From NCBI GenBank assembly GCA_964016885.1, contig OZ024741.1:103850001-103914000 (forward strand): DNA of 64,000 bases. Reading direction: 5' to 3'. A model generated the notes under the pieces. It was given only the letters and a program-made list of their open reading frames with translations. It did no database searches and was not told the DNA's origin. This stretch comes from Eledone cirrhosa (Eukaryota). Shown here piece after piece: positions 37,893 to 51,527 of this stretch. The position numbers and the translations under genes were made by a program. Every line of letters starts with the position of its first letter. The first letter of the stretch is position 1.

Positions 37893-40620
37893 CCGACAAC
37901 CACCTGATCACCTATAGATCAGGGGAGCATTCTAGTCAGATAGATTTTATCCTCATCAGAGGACGTGACAGATGGACGGTCGTAAACACAAAAGCCTTCC
38001 CTAGTGAGGAATGTACCTCCCAACATAGCTTAGTTGTCAGCGACCTCACGGTCAGAACTAGACGAGCCTGGAAACAGAGGCCAACCTGGGGAAGAAAGAT
38101 CTGGAAGACCCCTCAGCCAGTAACAGATTTAAAGATATTCTACTCAACGCCTACGACAGTAAAGAAGAACAGATACAGACATTCAATGTAGAAGAGCACT
38201 GGGAGTTCCTAAAAAATAACTTGCTAGAGGCGACGGATGAGGTCTGTGGCTGGAGTAAGACCGCATGCAAGAGGAGAGTGACTTGGTGGTGGAACAATAA
38301 GGTAGATGAGGCAGTTAAGGTCAAGAGACAGGCATGGAAAGAATGGAAGAACGGGGGAAGCAGGGTACATTACATAGAGACTAAGAGGGAAGCTAGGAGA
38401 AAGTATACTTAGCTAGGAGGGAAGCAGAGGATAGAAAATTCAAGCATGTTTTGCAACATGAGGACCAGAAACAGGAGGTGTTCAAGATTGCGAGGCAGTG
38501 TGTCAGAGAGAATTGTGATGTCATTGGAGAGTAGTGTATCCGGAATGATAAAGGTGAGCTTGCGCTCACAAGTGCTGAGAAGAAAGATGCATGGAAGAGC
38601 CATTATGATAGATTACTAAATGAGGAGAATGCATGGGAAGAAGAGACCCTACTCCAAGTAGACCCTATAGAGGGGCCAGCAGTACAAGTCAGCAGCAGCG
38701 TAGTAAATAAGGCAATCAAAGATATGAAGATGGGGAAGGCAACCGGTCCATCGGGTATAGCTGCCAAGATGCTGAAGGCATCTGGGTCTATAGGTCACAC
38801 TATAACCACACGTATTGTTAACCAGGTAATACTAGAAGGTTGGTACAGTAGCAACATTGTCAACTGCTACAAAGGTAAAGGTGATGCACTAGATAGAGGA
38901 ACCTAGAGAGGTATAAAGCTGATGGACCAGGTCATGAAAGTAACAGAAAGAGTTATAGCACTGTTGATTAGGGACCGGGTGAAACTAGATGAGATGCAGT
39001 TTGGTTTTGTACCAGGAAGAGGCACCACTGATGCCCTCTTCCTTGTGAGGCAGTTACAGGAAAAGTACCTAGCTAAAAGTAAACCACTCTACCTGGCATT
39101 CGTCGATCTCAAGAAAGCCTTTGACAGAGTTCCACGTGTTGTAATCTGGTGGGCTCTTAGAAAACTAGGAGTAGATGAATGGCTTGTGAAAGCTGTACAA
39201 GCCATGTATAGGGGAGCAGTCAGCAAAGTTAGGATTAGCAATGAGTATAGCGAGGAATTTAGCGTACAGGTTGGTGTCTACCAGGGCTCTGTTCTTAGCC
39301 CTCTCCTGTTCATCATAGTCCAGTTCATCATGCCCATGGGAACTCCTGTATGCAGATGACCTCACACTTATAGCTGAATCTATGATAGAACTAGAGAAGA
39401 AATTCCAAACTTGGAAGCAGGGACTAGAAAGGGTCTCAAAGTCAACATGACAAAGACTAAGGTCCTTGTAAGTAGACAAGAAAACAGAACCCAGATCCCC
39501 TCAGGGAAATGGCCTTGCTCAGTATGTAGGAAAGGTGTAGGTAGGAACTCCATTCTCTGCCCTAAATGCAAACAATGGGTACACAAGAGATGTAGCTGGA
39601 TCTCAGGAAGCTTAATTAAGAATGTAGGCTTCACATGTAGCAGCTGTGCTGGGACAGCAAGCAGCAAACAGCCACAGGAAACAAGTACCACCAATCTCTG
39701 GGAGGGCTCTGTAGAAACAGTAGACAGCTTCTGCTACCTAGGTGATCGAATTAGCAGCGGAGGTGGGTGTTCAGAAAGTACAATAACTAGGGTAAGAACA
39801 GGATGGACAAGTTCAGGGAACTACTGCCACTGCTAGCTGCAAAAGGCTTCTCCCTCAAAATGAAAGGCAGACTGTATGATGCGTGTATCCGAACAGCAAT
39901 GTTACATGGTAGTGAGACCTGAGCGCTGAAGGTGGAAGACTTACATAGATTAGAAAGAAACGAAGCCTGCATGCTCCGATGGATGTGTAAGTAATATACG
40001 CGAACGGCAAAGCATAAATGAATTGAGAGAGAGACTGAGCATAAGAGGAATCAAATGCTGTGTGCAGGAGAGGCGGTTGCGTTGGTATGGACATGTGATG
40101 CGTATGAAGGATGACAGCTGCATAAAAAGGTGCAGAGCACTAGAAGTCAATGGAAACCGTGGAGTGAGGAGACCCAAGAAGACCTGGGATGAGGTGATAA
40201 AAGCCGACCTTACCCAATTACACCTCTCAAAGGTGATGACACACGACTGTGACCTCTGGCGTCACGCAGTAATACAGAATACCCGACCTCCCATGGGTAC
40301 AAGCTGAAGCATATAGACAATATGCCCCCACACCCTCCCACTGCAAAGTGGTCGTGGAGGTGCCACGGCAAAAAAGCACCCAGCCCATACTGTAAAGTGG
40401 ACGTGTAGGTGCCACAGAAAAAAAGCACCCAGCACTCACTGTAAATGAGGTTGGTGTTAAGAAGGGCATCCAGCTGTAGAAAGCAAGCCAAAATCAGTTC
40501 CTGTATGAGCAAGGCATGGTCAGCCGACCAGACACTGCCCACAACAGGACAACCCGTCTAACCCATGCTAGCATGGAAGAACGGGTGAAAAACGGTGATG
40601 ATGATAATGATGATGATGAT
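37893..40620 (+). mobile_element. 5'-truncated RTE LINE, frameshifted
   Basis: TWWWN, MQFGFVPG, AFDRVP, PHD-like finger, RLRWYGHVMR, 3' UTR and (GAT)n tail. Confidence 0.93.
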
Positions 40621-41742
40621 ACAATCTTTTTTCCATATAATACCTTAAAGGTCTTATTTTATCACTACCTACCCATATATTAATTAAATGAATAAAATAT
40701 TAGTAAGGAAGTTATTGTAGTTATATTAAATGGTGGTAACTTTATGTTTATTCCCAATAGTTATTGTACAGTATAAGATCTGAAATAAATAGGAGGTAAG
40801 TAGAAGAATCAGCTGATCATAGAATGTGATGCTGTGGGAGTAATTATATGCTGATAAAACCTAGAGGTAAAGTGTTAACAGTGGTGAGGAATCCAGATCT
40901 GACATTGTTATATACCAGCAGCTATGTTTGAAGTTGTGGAAAGAGTGACGGTGGTAGTGCGGGCACATAGAAAAAATTTCTGATTTTCTATTTAAAAGGT
41001 TAAGCTTAGAATAGATTATAGTGCGAGTCTCTAGAAGACAGAGGTTACATAATTTATTCAGTGGTTTATATGATGCGGCCTATCTATTACTTCCCATTGA
41101 AGTGTATATGGTCTATTCTTAGTTTTTAGAGAGTGTATGTAGTTAGATAAAGAAGTGGAGTTGGCTAGATTGCGATTTTTGAAAGTGTGGCGATGCGAGT
41201 TATATCTCGTCTTGAAGCAGTTCGAAGTAGAACCGATATATGTTTTTGAAGTGTTGTTTGTAATGACTGCGCATGAGTAAATGATGTCTTTGATTAAGCA
41301 ATTTTTTCCTAAGGGGCAAGTTCTATTTGTTCTACAATTATAGTTATTTTGGTTGTTTACTTGCTGGTTAATATGGTGTGTAGATGCATGGTTGTTAGGG
41401 ATAGCATTAGGGTAATGATGATTATCATTCCCATTGTTATTAATTTCATTAATGCTATTACTATTATTATTATTGCTATTAGAATTCTCTGGAACTATGT
41501 TGTTATGTAAGTTCACCCCCTGTTGCGATTTAATTAGTTGGAAATAATTATTAATCTTCCTTTTATTACTACTAGCTATATGGTACGCGATGTTAGGTGT
41601 GGTAGAGTAAGAGATTTTAATAGTATTTTTATTGATAAGATTATGGTATTTGTGGCCAAATGGGAAGTTTTTTTCTAAGATTGAGAAGAAAGCCTTAGGC
41701 AAGTTGGTAGAAACTATATATATATATATATGTATATTACAC

Positions 41743-42207
41743 ACAGGTAAAAATTGCGTTATAACGAATTTTTCAGTATAATGAAATTTTTTTTTCAATC
41801 CCCGAGGTAATAACTCGATTTGTTTCAGTCAATTTCGTTATAAAGAATATTTTGGTGCAACAAATTTCTTTATACTCCTGAATTTCGTTAGAACGGAATT
41901 TCACTCATCATCATCATCATCATTTCATTTTACGTCCACTTTTCCCTGCTTGCAAGGGTGGGACGGGAACTGATTCTGGCTTGATTTCTACAGCTGGATG
42001 CCCTTCCTAACACCAACCTCATTTACAGTGAGTGCTGGGTGCTTTTTTGCCGTGGCACCTACACGTCCACTTTGCAGTGGAATGATAGGGACCCGAGTCC
42101 CTATCATCTCATTTCTACAGCTGAGTAAACTGGAGCAATGTGAAATGAAGTGTCTTGCTCAAGGAAACAACACATCACCCGGTCTGAGAATTGAACTCAC
42201 AACTTCA

Positions 42208-42211
<4 letters not shown>
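41743..42211. mobile_element. Tigger/pogo-like MITE with nested tRNA-SINE (41906-42204, minus strand)
   Basis: CAGGTAAAAATTGCGTTATAACGAA ... TTCGTTAGAACGGAATTTCACT[SINE]G-TA; TTCACT duplicated around the SINE. Confidence 0.6.
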
Positions 42212-42254
<43 letters not shown>

Positions 42255-42257
<3 letters not shown>

Positions 42258-42655
42258 CAAAGCGAAACCTACAGTCAGTAGGCACCTCTTACCAAAATAC
42301 ACCCCCATCCCACTACCCCGTCCCACTACCCCCACTCCATCCACACCACCCCTTTCGATGTAAAGTTATGTTGGTGCCACAACATCCAGGCCGAAACAAA
42401 TGAGGTCGTGTAGGTGTCACGACAAAAAATCACACAGTCCACGCTGTAATGTGGCCGTGTAGGTAACACGGTAAAAAGCTCCCAATCCACACTGTAAACG
42501 TGGTTGGTGTTAGGAAGGGCATCCAGCTGTAGAAAACCCGCCAGACAGTCCTATACGAGCAAGACAACCAATCTTGCCTCAAGTGGGACAATTCCCGTCC
42601 AAACCCATGCTAGCGTGGAAGATGGGACGTTAAACGATGATGATGATGATGATGA
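42255..42655 (+). mobile_element. RTE 3' UTR fragment
   Basis: Reverse complement of the 14555-14930 type; (GAT)n tail. Confidence 0.8.
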
Positions 42656-42908
42656 TATATATATATATGGAGTAATACTTTGCAGTGTGGGCTGGGTGTT
42701 TTTTGTTGTGATACCAATATAACTTTGCAGTGTAAGGGTGGTGTGGAGAGAAGTGGGTGAGTGTGTGTAAAAAGGGGTATAGTGGTTAAGAGGTGCCTAC
42801 TAGATGTATGTTTGAGTCTGTGCACACGGGAAGGCATGTCTATATATATATAAATAAATTCATAATCTCTTCATGCCAACGTTTTATTTTCTTGGTGCAA
42901 TACTTCCT

Positions 42909-42983
<75 letters not shown>

Positions 42984-43123
42984 GTGTGTATTATTTGCTT
43001 TGTAATTTTTACTATATATAGTTTATTTTACCCTATTACATAAACCTGTATGGTTATATTTTAACTTGTTAGCACACCGTTCTATACACATTACTGACTG
43101 CTTTTCAACTTTGTTATTTACAG

Positions 43124-43194
43124 TTCAGATTTGAGGAAGAAATGAATAAAAAGAATTTAAAACTAAAACATGAAGCCCGACAAGATGCAATCAA
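43124..43194 (+). CDS. BBOF1: BBOF1 exon F (FRFEEEMNKKNLKLKHEARQDAIK)
   Basis: ttacag acceptor, AA|gtaaat donor, phase 0-2; resembles HRLEQEAEKKI..AHHEAI. Confidence 0.85.
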
Positions 43195-43748
43195 GTAAAT
43201 ATATTTAGTTTACTTTACTTTAGTTTACTGTAAATTTTCACAACAATCTGTCTAGTAATAAAACCACATTAGCAAGACAAAGCAGTACTGTGACTGCATC
43301 ATATCAAAAATTAAAGTCTTTACCCTAATGCTGTAAATTTTTACAATAATCTGTCCACTAGCTAGAAACCTTATAAAGTGGTTGGTGATAGGAAGGGCAT
43401 CCAGCCATGGAAAATTTGCCAAAAGAAGAGTTGTGAAGTATCTCCAGTTGTGTCAATGACATGATAACCTCTCTAGTGCTGGTGCTACAATAAAATCCAC
43501 CTAGTGCAGGAAGTGCAGAAATGTATGTTTGTAGGTTATACTCCCTAGCCCATCTCAGAGGTCAGAAGCATTGATCATGTGATGACCCATGATCTGTGAT
43601 GACCCATGAAATCCTTGCTAGCATCGAAAATGCACATTAAATGATGATGATGATGATGATAAAGATGATGATGTATTGAATTAACAAATCCATTTTTATA
43701 TATTTCCTGCTGAATCATTACAGAATGATAATAACTTATACTTTGTAG

Positions 43749-43962
43749 GAATGTGAATGATATTACAAAACAAATATATCAAGAAAATTCCAGACTTTCG
43801 GAAGCTCTTTTAACACACATCAATGAGATTGAAAGGTTGAAGCTATCAACTTCTAAGTTTGCCAAAAGATATGACACTGTGAGACAGGAACTGAAGGAAC
43901 ATAAGATGCTGTTGCAGAAAAGAACTCAGGAAGTGAGGAAATATGCATCAGAGAATTCAAAG
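43749..43962 (+). CDS. BBOF1: BBOF1 exon G (NVNDITKQIYQENSRLSEALLTHINE...YASENSK)
   Basis: tttgtag acceptor, AAG|gtaaag donor, phase 2-0; resembles LNDAGRNVFKENVYLQKAL. Confidence 0.87.
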
Positions 43963-44779
43963 GTAAAGGAACAGTGCTGTCATATATATATTTGGGATTC
44001 ATTGGTGGGGAATGTATTTGGTTTGTGTGGGTGTATATATATAAATCAGGATGGAATCAGTTTGTAACTGGTTAGACCATTATTCAACAGAGTACTTGAT
44101 ACTTGCTGTTTCAACAGCTAGTTCCAGATTCAATCTGGACTAGCTGATGAAATGACAAGAGCTCAGCTGTCAGGTCCTGACTCTATATAATATATCATCA
44201 TCATCATCATCATCGTTTAATGTCCATTTTCCACGCTAGCATGGGTTAGACAGGTTTGTCCCATTAGTGGTAAGTTGGGTCGGGTGACCATGTCTCGCTC
44301 ATATAGGACTCTTTCTGGCTGGTTTTCTATGGCTGGATGCCCTTCGTAATGGCAACCACATTTATATATATACTAGCTGGCCCCATGCCGTCAAAATTGA
44401 CTGCTAAAGGGTAGATGTGTATTTGTATATATCTTACAACTGCAGTCAACACACACATACACTCACAAAAGTGTAGCCAATCTAAGAACACTAGTTAAAA
44501 ATAATTATTACATACACACACATCTACACAAACATACACATAAACAGACTCAGAGAAAATAATTATTACATGCGCACACATGTATGTGAGTATGTGTGCG
44601 CATATGTATACATTTATGTGTATGAGTAACACAGGTGTAGCGAACACTGTTCTCTGTTTTCTCTAGTTTGTCACAGCCCTCTTCCTTCCACGCTCATCAC
44701 ATAGATGTGTGTATGTAATCCTTATTTTGTACAATGTATATGTTTATGTATGTATTTATATTTTGCTTACTGAAACATA

Positions 44780-45205
44780 GATGAATTTTTACGTCCATTC
44801 TTGTATGCCTGCATGGGTTGGACAGGTCCTTCTCATCACAGCAGCTCTCCACTCGTTGTGTTTCTTTGTTATCTCTTCTATGAATCTCAGTGATTTAAGG
44901 TCAGCTCCTACCACTTCTGCCCAGGTCTTTCTTGGTCTACCTCTACTACTGCTTCTTTCCACTGGCATTTCCTGGCACTTCTTCACCCATTGATCATCAT
45001 CCATGCGCATCACATATCTGAACCAATGAAGTCTTCTCTCCTGCTCCACCACCCCGGATTCCTCTTAAACCCATTTTCTTCTTCAGTTCATCCAAGCTCT
45101 GCCTTTCTCTCACATTTACATTGCACATCCTTCGGAGAATGGCTGCTTCATTTCTCTCCAGTCTATGCATGTCTTCTGCAGTCACTGCTCATGTTTCACT
45201 ACCAT
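44780..45205 (-). mobile_element. RTE-clade LINE 3' fragment (short-UTR subfamily)
   Basis: LERNEAAILR, RLHWFRYVMRM and RGRPRKTW motifs. Confidence 0.8.
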
Positions 45206-45280
45206 ATATATTATATATATATATATATATCCATGCTAGCATGGAAGATAGTCGTTAAATGATGATGATGATGATATATT

Positions 45281-46056
45281 ATAATAATTGTTTCTACTTT
45301 TGGCACAAGGCCAGCAATTACCCAGTGCATTACTGGTACTTTATTTTATCAACCTCGTAAGGATGAAAAGCAAAGTTAACCTCGGCGGGATTTGAACTCA
45401 GAATTTCCACTGATTTCCACCGCCCTTTGACGAGTTTTCTTTTTTCTCCTGCAGGGTATCCAAAAATCACCCTCCTCATCAAGAAAACTTGGTGGGGTTG
45501 TCAGTTTAGTCGCTGACAGCCCGCTCATGTGACAGGTTGTACTGGGTTACATGTTACCAGTAGCATTCGAGAACAATGTGACCCTAATTATTATTATTAC
45601 GTTCTGAGTTCAAATCCCGCCGAGGTTAACTTTGCCTTTCATCCTTACGGGGTTGATAAAATAAAGTACCAGTAATACAGAGGGTAATTGCTGGCATTGT
45701 GCCAAAAGTAGAAACAATTATTATAATTGTTTCTACTTTTGGCACAAGGCCAGCAATTATCCAGTGCATTACTGGTACTTTATTTTATCGACCCCGTAAG
45801 GATGAAAGGCAAAGTTAACCTCGGCGGGATTTGAACTCAGAATGGCAAGGACCGTAACTCTATACGTCAAAGCATGGCGTCCGACCCTCTACCGATACTG
45901 CCAATCCACCGCCGTTGAAACAATTATTATAATGGGTGGTGGATTGGCAGTATTGGTAGAAGGTCGGACGCCATGCTTTGACGCATAGAGTTATGGCCCT
46001 TGCCTTTCTGAGTTCAAATCCCGCTGAGGTTAACTTTGCCTTTCACCCTTACGGGA
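45281..46056. mobile_element. Cluster of four family B SINEs in alternating orientation
   Basis: Minus 45281-45420, plus 45600-45722, minus 45723-45913 (TSD GAAACAATTATTATAAT), plus 45934-46056. Confidence 0.85.
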
Positions 46057-46105
46057 TAATGATAGGAAGAAGGTATCAATATAGCATCATTATGTTTATT
46101 CACTT

Positions 46106-46190
46106 GTGTTACATGTTTCGCGATTGATCAGCTCAAAGAATGATTGGTATCAATCACGCCTGACTTAGGAATTGATGGCTCATCAGACTT
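46106..46190 (-). ncRNA. Hammerhead-like motif with extended stem II
   Basis: GT-CTGATGA-GC...GC-GAAA-CATG-TA-AC; a partial paralogue lies at 57325-57356. Confidence 0.5.
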
Positions 46191-46999
46191 GTGTATTCCT
46201 TAAAATATAAAATAGGTTGACCAACTGGTGATATGACATACTACAGAAGACTCACTTTCCAATATAAGCAAAATGAAATGAACATGGAGAGAATGGCATT
46301 ATAAAATAGAGAAGCATATCCACTCCATTCACATCTTTGATTCTTCCTTCCTTGTCCAATCCAGGCCATCACAGAAAGACGGATACACCTATACAATGTA
46401 TTGCTAGGCATAACTTTTTAAAGCTACCTCTCTCCCTCTCTCAACCCTTCTCTCAGCAAGCAAAATGTATCCAAGACATACCTTTCATACCCCCACTTTT
46501 ATCGCATTGCTTCCCCAGTCTGGCCAAAGATGCAATAAGCACTCTATTGTTGAAAAATGGTAGATAGTGCACTATGATGGCTCCACATGGAAAAAGTACA
46601 AAACATCACGTAAAATACTAACGTTTTATAAGATGATGTAAGATGCTCAAATGCAGAAATTGCAATTACAGTCAGTTGCTATAAAATAGCTTATAAAAAC
46701 TGGGCAAAGACCCTTAGAGGTGGGAAAAGATATTGCGAATGGCCAATAATGTATTTACTCTAATACTTCAAAATTTAACAATGATCTGCCTTTTAGGATT
46801 TATTTATATAATCAGTTTAAACGTCCATATAGAGCTAGTAAATTTTGACAGATTAAGAAAGAAAAAGAAGAGAAATAGAAAGTAGGAGATAAAAGTAGGA
46901 GACAAAAGAAACAAATAAGAAAGGTGGAAAACAATAAACATTAATAAACCTATATTGAGACATTTTCTGCTAAATCATTACAAGGTGTTAACAGCTAAC

Positions 47000-47192
47000 A
47001 GTGTGTATGTGTGTGTGTCTATGCTTATGTTTACTGTTTATGTCCTTTTAATTAGTGGTTTGACAAAAAGAGATTGATAAAATAAGTGCCAAACTTGAAA
47101 AAAATAACTCCTAGAGTTGATTTGATCAACTAAAACCTTTCAAGGTAATTCCCCAACATGGCCAAACTCTAATGACTGAAACGAGTAAAAAA
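47000..47192 (+). mobile_element. Degenerate SINE 3' portion
   Basis: GATAAAATAAGTGCCA...GTTGATTTGATCAACTAAAACC...AATGACTGAAACGAGTAAAA. Confidence 0.55.
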
Positions 47193-47637
47193 TCTAGTTG
47201 CATATACAGGATGAACTATGTTCAATAGTTTGTTTAATCAGTTTCAAGTTGATATAAAATCCATTTTATTAATTTGTAATGTATTGATTTTTCAGTTCAA
47301 ATGTATAAATTGAGATGAGAAGTTATTTCCCTTTGACCACTATTTATGGCGTTATTCTGTTGTCTATACCTGTTTATGTATTACAACAATTACACGCAAA
47401 GACAAAACCACGTTTATGGTATAAATATAGGTTTTATATCAGATGAAAGAATGGTATTTAACTAATGTATTGGTACGCGATGGGGCCCACTCACAGCCCC
47501 GGCGGACAGAATGTAGAAGGCGTTTCCCCAGTGTATCACATTAACGCTGTACACAGCAGTAAGATAGGAATATTTGGCCATATGGGAGAAAAGCCTTTCA
47601 ACATCAACAAACAATCACACCCTCTCTCTTCACCATC

Positions 47638-48238
47638 GGCTATGGTGCAGCCACACTTAGAATTTGCATCAACAGTCTGGAACCCCTATCTTGCTCAGAA
47701 CATTGACCGCCTGGAAACTGTTCAGAGACGTGCAACCAAGCAAATACCCTCCATCGGGCATCTACCATACTCTGAACGCCTTGCTTCCCTGGGCATGGAT
47801 ACATTGAAGCTCTGACGCCTGGCAACTGACTTGGTAAACACCCACAAAATTGTTAACCATCTTGCCAACAACAACCCTGAGTACCTTTTTGATTTCCATG
47901 TGTCTAACACACGTGGGCATGCCCACAAAGTCAGAAAACAGCACAGTTCCCATGACTTTCGGAAACATTTTTCACGCTCAGAGTTGCTGAAGCATGGGAC
48001 AAACTACCTACATCGGTTGTTAGCTGTCAAGACACTGCATCCTTTAAAACCTCCATGCTTCCTGAGATTCACCAACACTACACCTAATGTTCACCCTCCA
48101 TACACATACTCACATGTATATTATGACTCATACACTATTCACTTCCTTGACATTTGTATTTTATTCTATGTACTATACATGTACCTTTGACGAGTTGTAG
48201 TGCACCTGAGCACTTTACACAATAACTTCATTATTATT
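47638..48238 (+). mobile_element. CR1-clade LINE 3' fragment
   Basis: PHLEFASTVWNP, LETVQRRATK, TRGH motifs; (ATT)n tail. Confidence 0.9.
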
Positions 48239-50014
48239 TTATAATTTTATATTTGGTTTTCATGCTGGCATGGATTAGACAGGTTGTCATAGTCTGAGTC
48301 ACTTTTAGCATGGTTTCTATGGCTGCAGCCTTTTAATGCCAACCACTTTACAGAATCAACATCACATATACAGTGATTATATAATTTACATTATTACAAT
48401 ATTTACTAACACCTATTTCAATATTTTATCTATAACTGCTATAGTTGACACCTATAGCTATATTTTGTCTACAACTACAATAGTTACAATTACAGACAAT
48501 TCTGGAATTATTCTGTACATTTTCTTTTAATGGTGGATGAATACAACACTGCTGCTTGAAAAAAGGCTCGAGACAAATGTAAAAGTTTACAATTGCTTGC
48601 ATTTAGAATATGCTGATCAGTATTTAATCTACTTGATTATTCTGTAATTTGATACTTAAAGAAAGAAATTTGTTCATACATATAAATAACTGTTTTTAAA
48701 ATACTTTGCTGAAACATTTGCGCTATATTATTTTTTTAATGTAAACATTGTTTGATGCGTTGAATAATGGAATATCCACTGTATTGGTTTCATTGTTTTT
48801 TTTTTTGTTATTTTTATTTTATATATTCCCATTAATTTGAAAGGCAATACCCAATAGTTGCTATATGTCAGTTATAAGAAATACGACTTGGTTTTGATCT
48901 CTTTTAACACTTATTCTAAATAGAATGTGATTTTAAGTGATTTCTTAGAAAAGATTGCTTCATAAAGAAAGATTATGCACCTTGTATCTTTGTATTGCAT
49001 AATTAATTAATGAAGCATATGTTATTACTTAACTACATACAATAACCAAAAAAATAATTGATTATAAATACTGACCTAGTAATATTTTCAAATATGAAGT
49101 GGGAGTGGATTATATAGCAACGTGACACATGATTTGGTATTTCAAATTAAGTAATTATGCATTAGTAACATTTGTCAATATCATAAAATAATTGGTTTGC
49201 TGCAACAAAAAGTAAGCTGTTACTTAAATTACCTTAACTCTTAATGTTCTGATCTGCATGACATAGCATTAGTGGGACACTCTTGAAAAGTACAAAACAT
49301 CACTATAATGCAAGATGGCCACTCAGTGGTATGGTGGAAACTCCCCATTCCTCTACCTTGACAAACAGTACAACGTATGTCAGCAAGGGAGCTGCTATAT
49401 AATTGCACATGTACTCCTGACCAGTCAATAAAACCATGCCAGAAGCATGACAACAACAAATACAATGAACAAACCTAATTGCAAACACAGGATGGACTAA
49501 GTACCATGTTAAAGCTGCATACAGCAGTCAGGTAGGAATATTAGGCCATGTGTGAAAAGCCTTTAAAAATTACCAAATGATCAAACCATTCTTTCATCAC
49601 CATCATCACTTTATGCCTGGTTTTCTTGCTGGCATGGGTTACACAGGTTTTCAAAGTCTGAGCCATTTTTAGCATGGTTTCTACGGCTGCAGGCTTTTAG
49701 TACCAATGACTTTACGGATTAGATATCACATATCACTTTCCTGACATTTGTACATTATTCTAGGTACTATATGTGCACCTTTGATGAGTTGTAGTGCACC
49801 TGAGCACTGTACACAATCATTTTCATTATCATTATTATCATTATTACTAATTCTGTGATGATATATTTTCATGAATATTTTGATGTACATATGAAGAGGT
49901 AAATGCAAGTGTCTCAAGTGCTTTGCTATTCTATGATAATGAGCAGCATCAGGCAGGTTGGTAACAAAAAAGCTGTTGTTTACTTTGTTCTTTATTCCTT
50001 CAAATTACATCAAC

Positions 50015-50145
50015 TTATTCTGCTGTTTACCTGGAGATGGATGGGACCATACCATTCTGCTGTTTGCCTGGAGAGGGGTGGGACCATACCATTCTGCTGT
50101 TTACCTGGAGAGGAGTGGGACCATACCATACCATTCTGCTGTTTC
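50015..50145. repeat. 37-bp tandem repeat, about 3.4 copies
   Basis: CATTCTGCTGTTTRCCTGGAGAGGRGTGGGACCATAC units. Confidence 0.85.
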
Positions 50146-50597
50146 ACATGCAAAGTGTTATAATCTAGTTATGAGAAACTTGAGTGGTGCAATATATAGT
50201 TATTCAACTTAGCATAAAACAAAAATGTGTAAAAATCCATCAATTGATAATGCTAACATCCTTTATAAAACATCAGATGGATGTTTCTTCATGACCACAA
50301 CAGACAGAACTGTGAATGTATTTCTCAGGAGATATCCTCAAAGAGTCAGTCTAGCTTGCAGAATTCATTCTTGTAGATGACCAACTCTGTTCTGATGGCT
50401 GTAAATAGGGAGGTGGTTCAAAAACCAAGGATACCAGATGTTGCTATGGGATCAATGATAAAACTTTCAGAATGCAGACAGTATTTTGACAGCTTGAGAT
50501 CATCAGCCTGTCAAACAATGAAGCCTAAGTTTGTTGCTGGAGAAAATATAACTGCAGGTTGCATCCCAGATGAGGGTCTTACCGCATCAGAACAAAA

Positions 50598-51527
50598 GTA
50601 CGCAGACGACATCAAGCTGTACCTTGAGATAAAAAGGACAGATCCTGAACACTATAGATCTTGCTTGCAGTCTGACCTGGACACAATGCAACAGTGGATC
50701 TCAGACTGGCAACTCAAGCTAGCTGTGGACAAGTGCACCACCATGCATTTTGGGAGTAAAAACCCAGCGTCCACATACTCCCTCCACAGCACTAATATCA
50801 AGAAGTCTTCCTGTGAACGTGACCTGGGCATTACGGTCAGCAGCGATTTGCGTTGGACGAGGCACGTCTCTAAAATTGTCAAGAGGGCCGAGGGTGTCTT
50901 AGCATCACTCAGCAAGACCTTTGTCAGCCGCTCTCCAGATATCTATTTAAGGCTGTATACAGCTATGGTGCGACCACACTTAGAATTTGCATCACCAGTC
51001 TGGAACCCCTATCTTGCTCAGGACATTGACCGCCTGGAAACTGTTCAGAGACGTGCAACCAAGCGAATACCCTCCATCAGGCATCTACCATACTCTGATC
51101 GCCTTGCTTCCCTGGGCATGGATTCATTGAAGCTCCGACGCCTGGCAACTGACTTGGTGAACACCCACAAAATTGTTAACCATGTTGCCAACAACAACCC
51201 TGAGTGCCTTTTCGATTTCCATGTGTCTAACACACGTGGACATGCCCACAAAGTAAGAAAACAGCACAGTTCCCATGACTTTCGGAAACATTTTTCACGC
51301 TCAGAGTTGCTGAAGCATGGAACAAACTACCTGCATCAGTTGTTAGCTGTCGAGACACTGCATCCTTTAAGGCCTCCATGCTTCCCGAGATCCGCCAACA
51401 CTACAGCTAACACATACAAACATGTACTTCCCTGACATTTGTGTATTATTCTATGTACTATATTGACGAGTTGTAGTGCACCTGAGCACTTTACACAATA
51501 ATTTCATTATTATTATTATTATTATTA
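50598..51527 (+). mobile_element. 5'-truncated CR1-clade LINE
   Basis: YADDIKLY, LQSDLD, ERDLGI, VRPHLEF and TRGH motifs; (ATT)n tail. Confidence 0.92.

Larger units (their letters stand above)
36940..41715 (-). mobile_element. Second Penelope-like element (GIY-YIG end plus 3' region), interrupted by an RTE at 37893-40620
   Basis: ORF 41058-41798: KISYSTTPN, NCRTNRTCPLGKNC, IIYSC..YIGST, FKTRYNSH. Joining to 36940-37890 is inferred from composition and the hammerhead. Confidence 0.7.
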
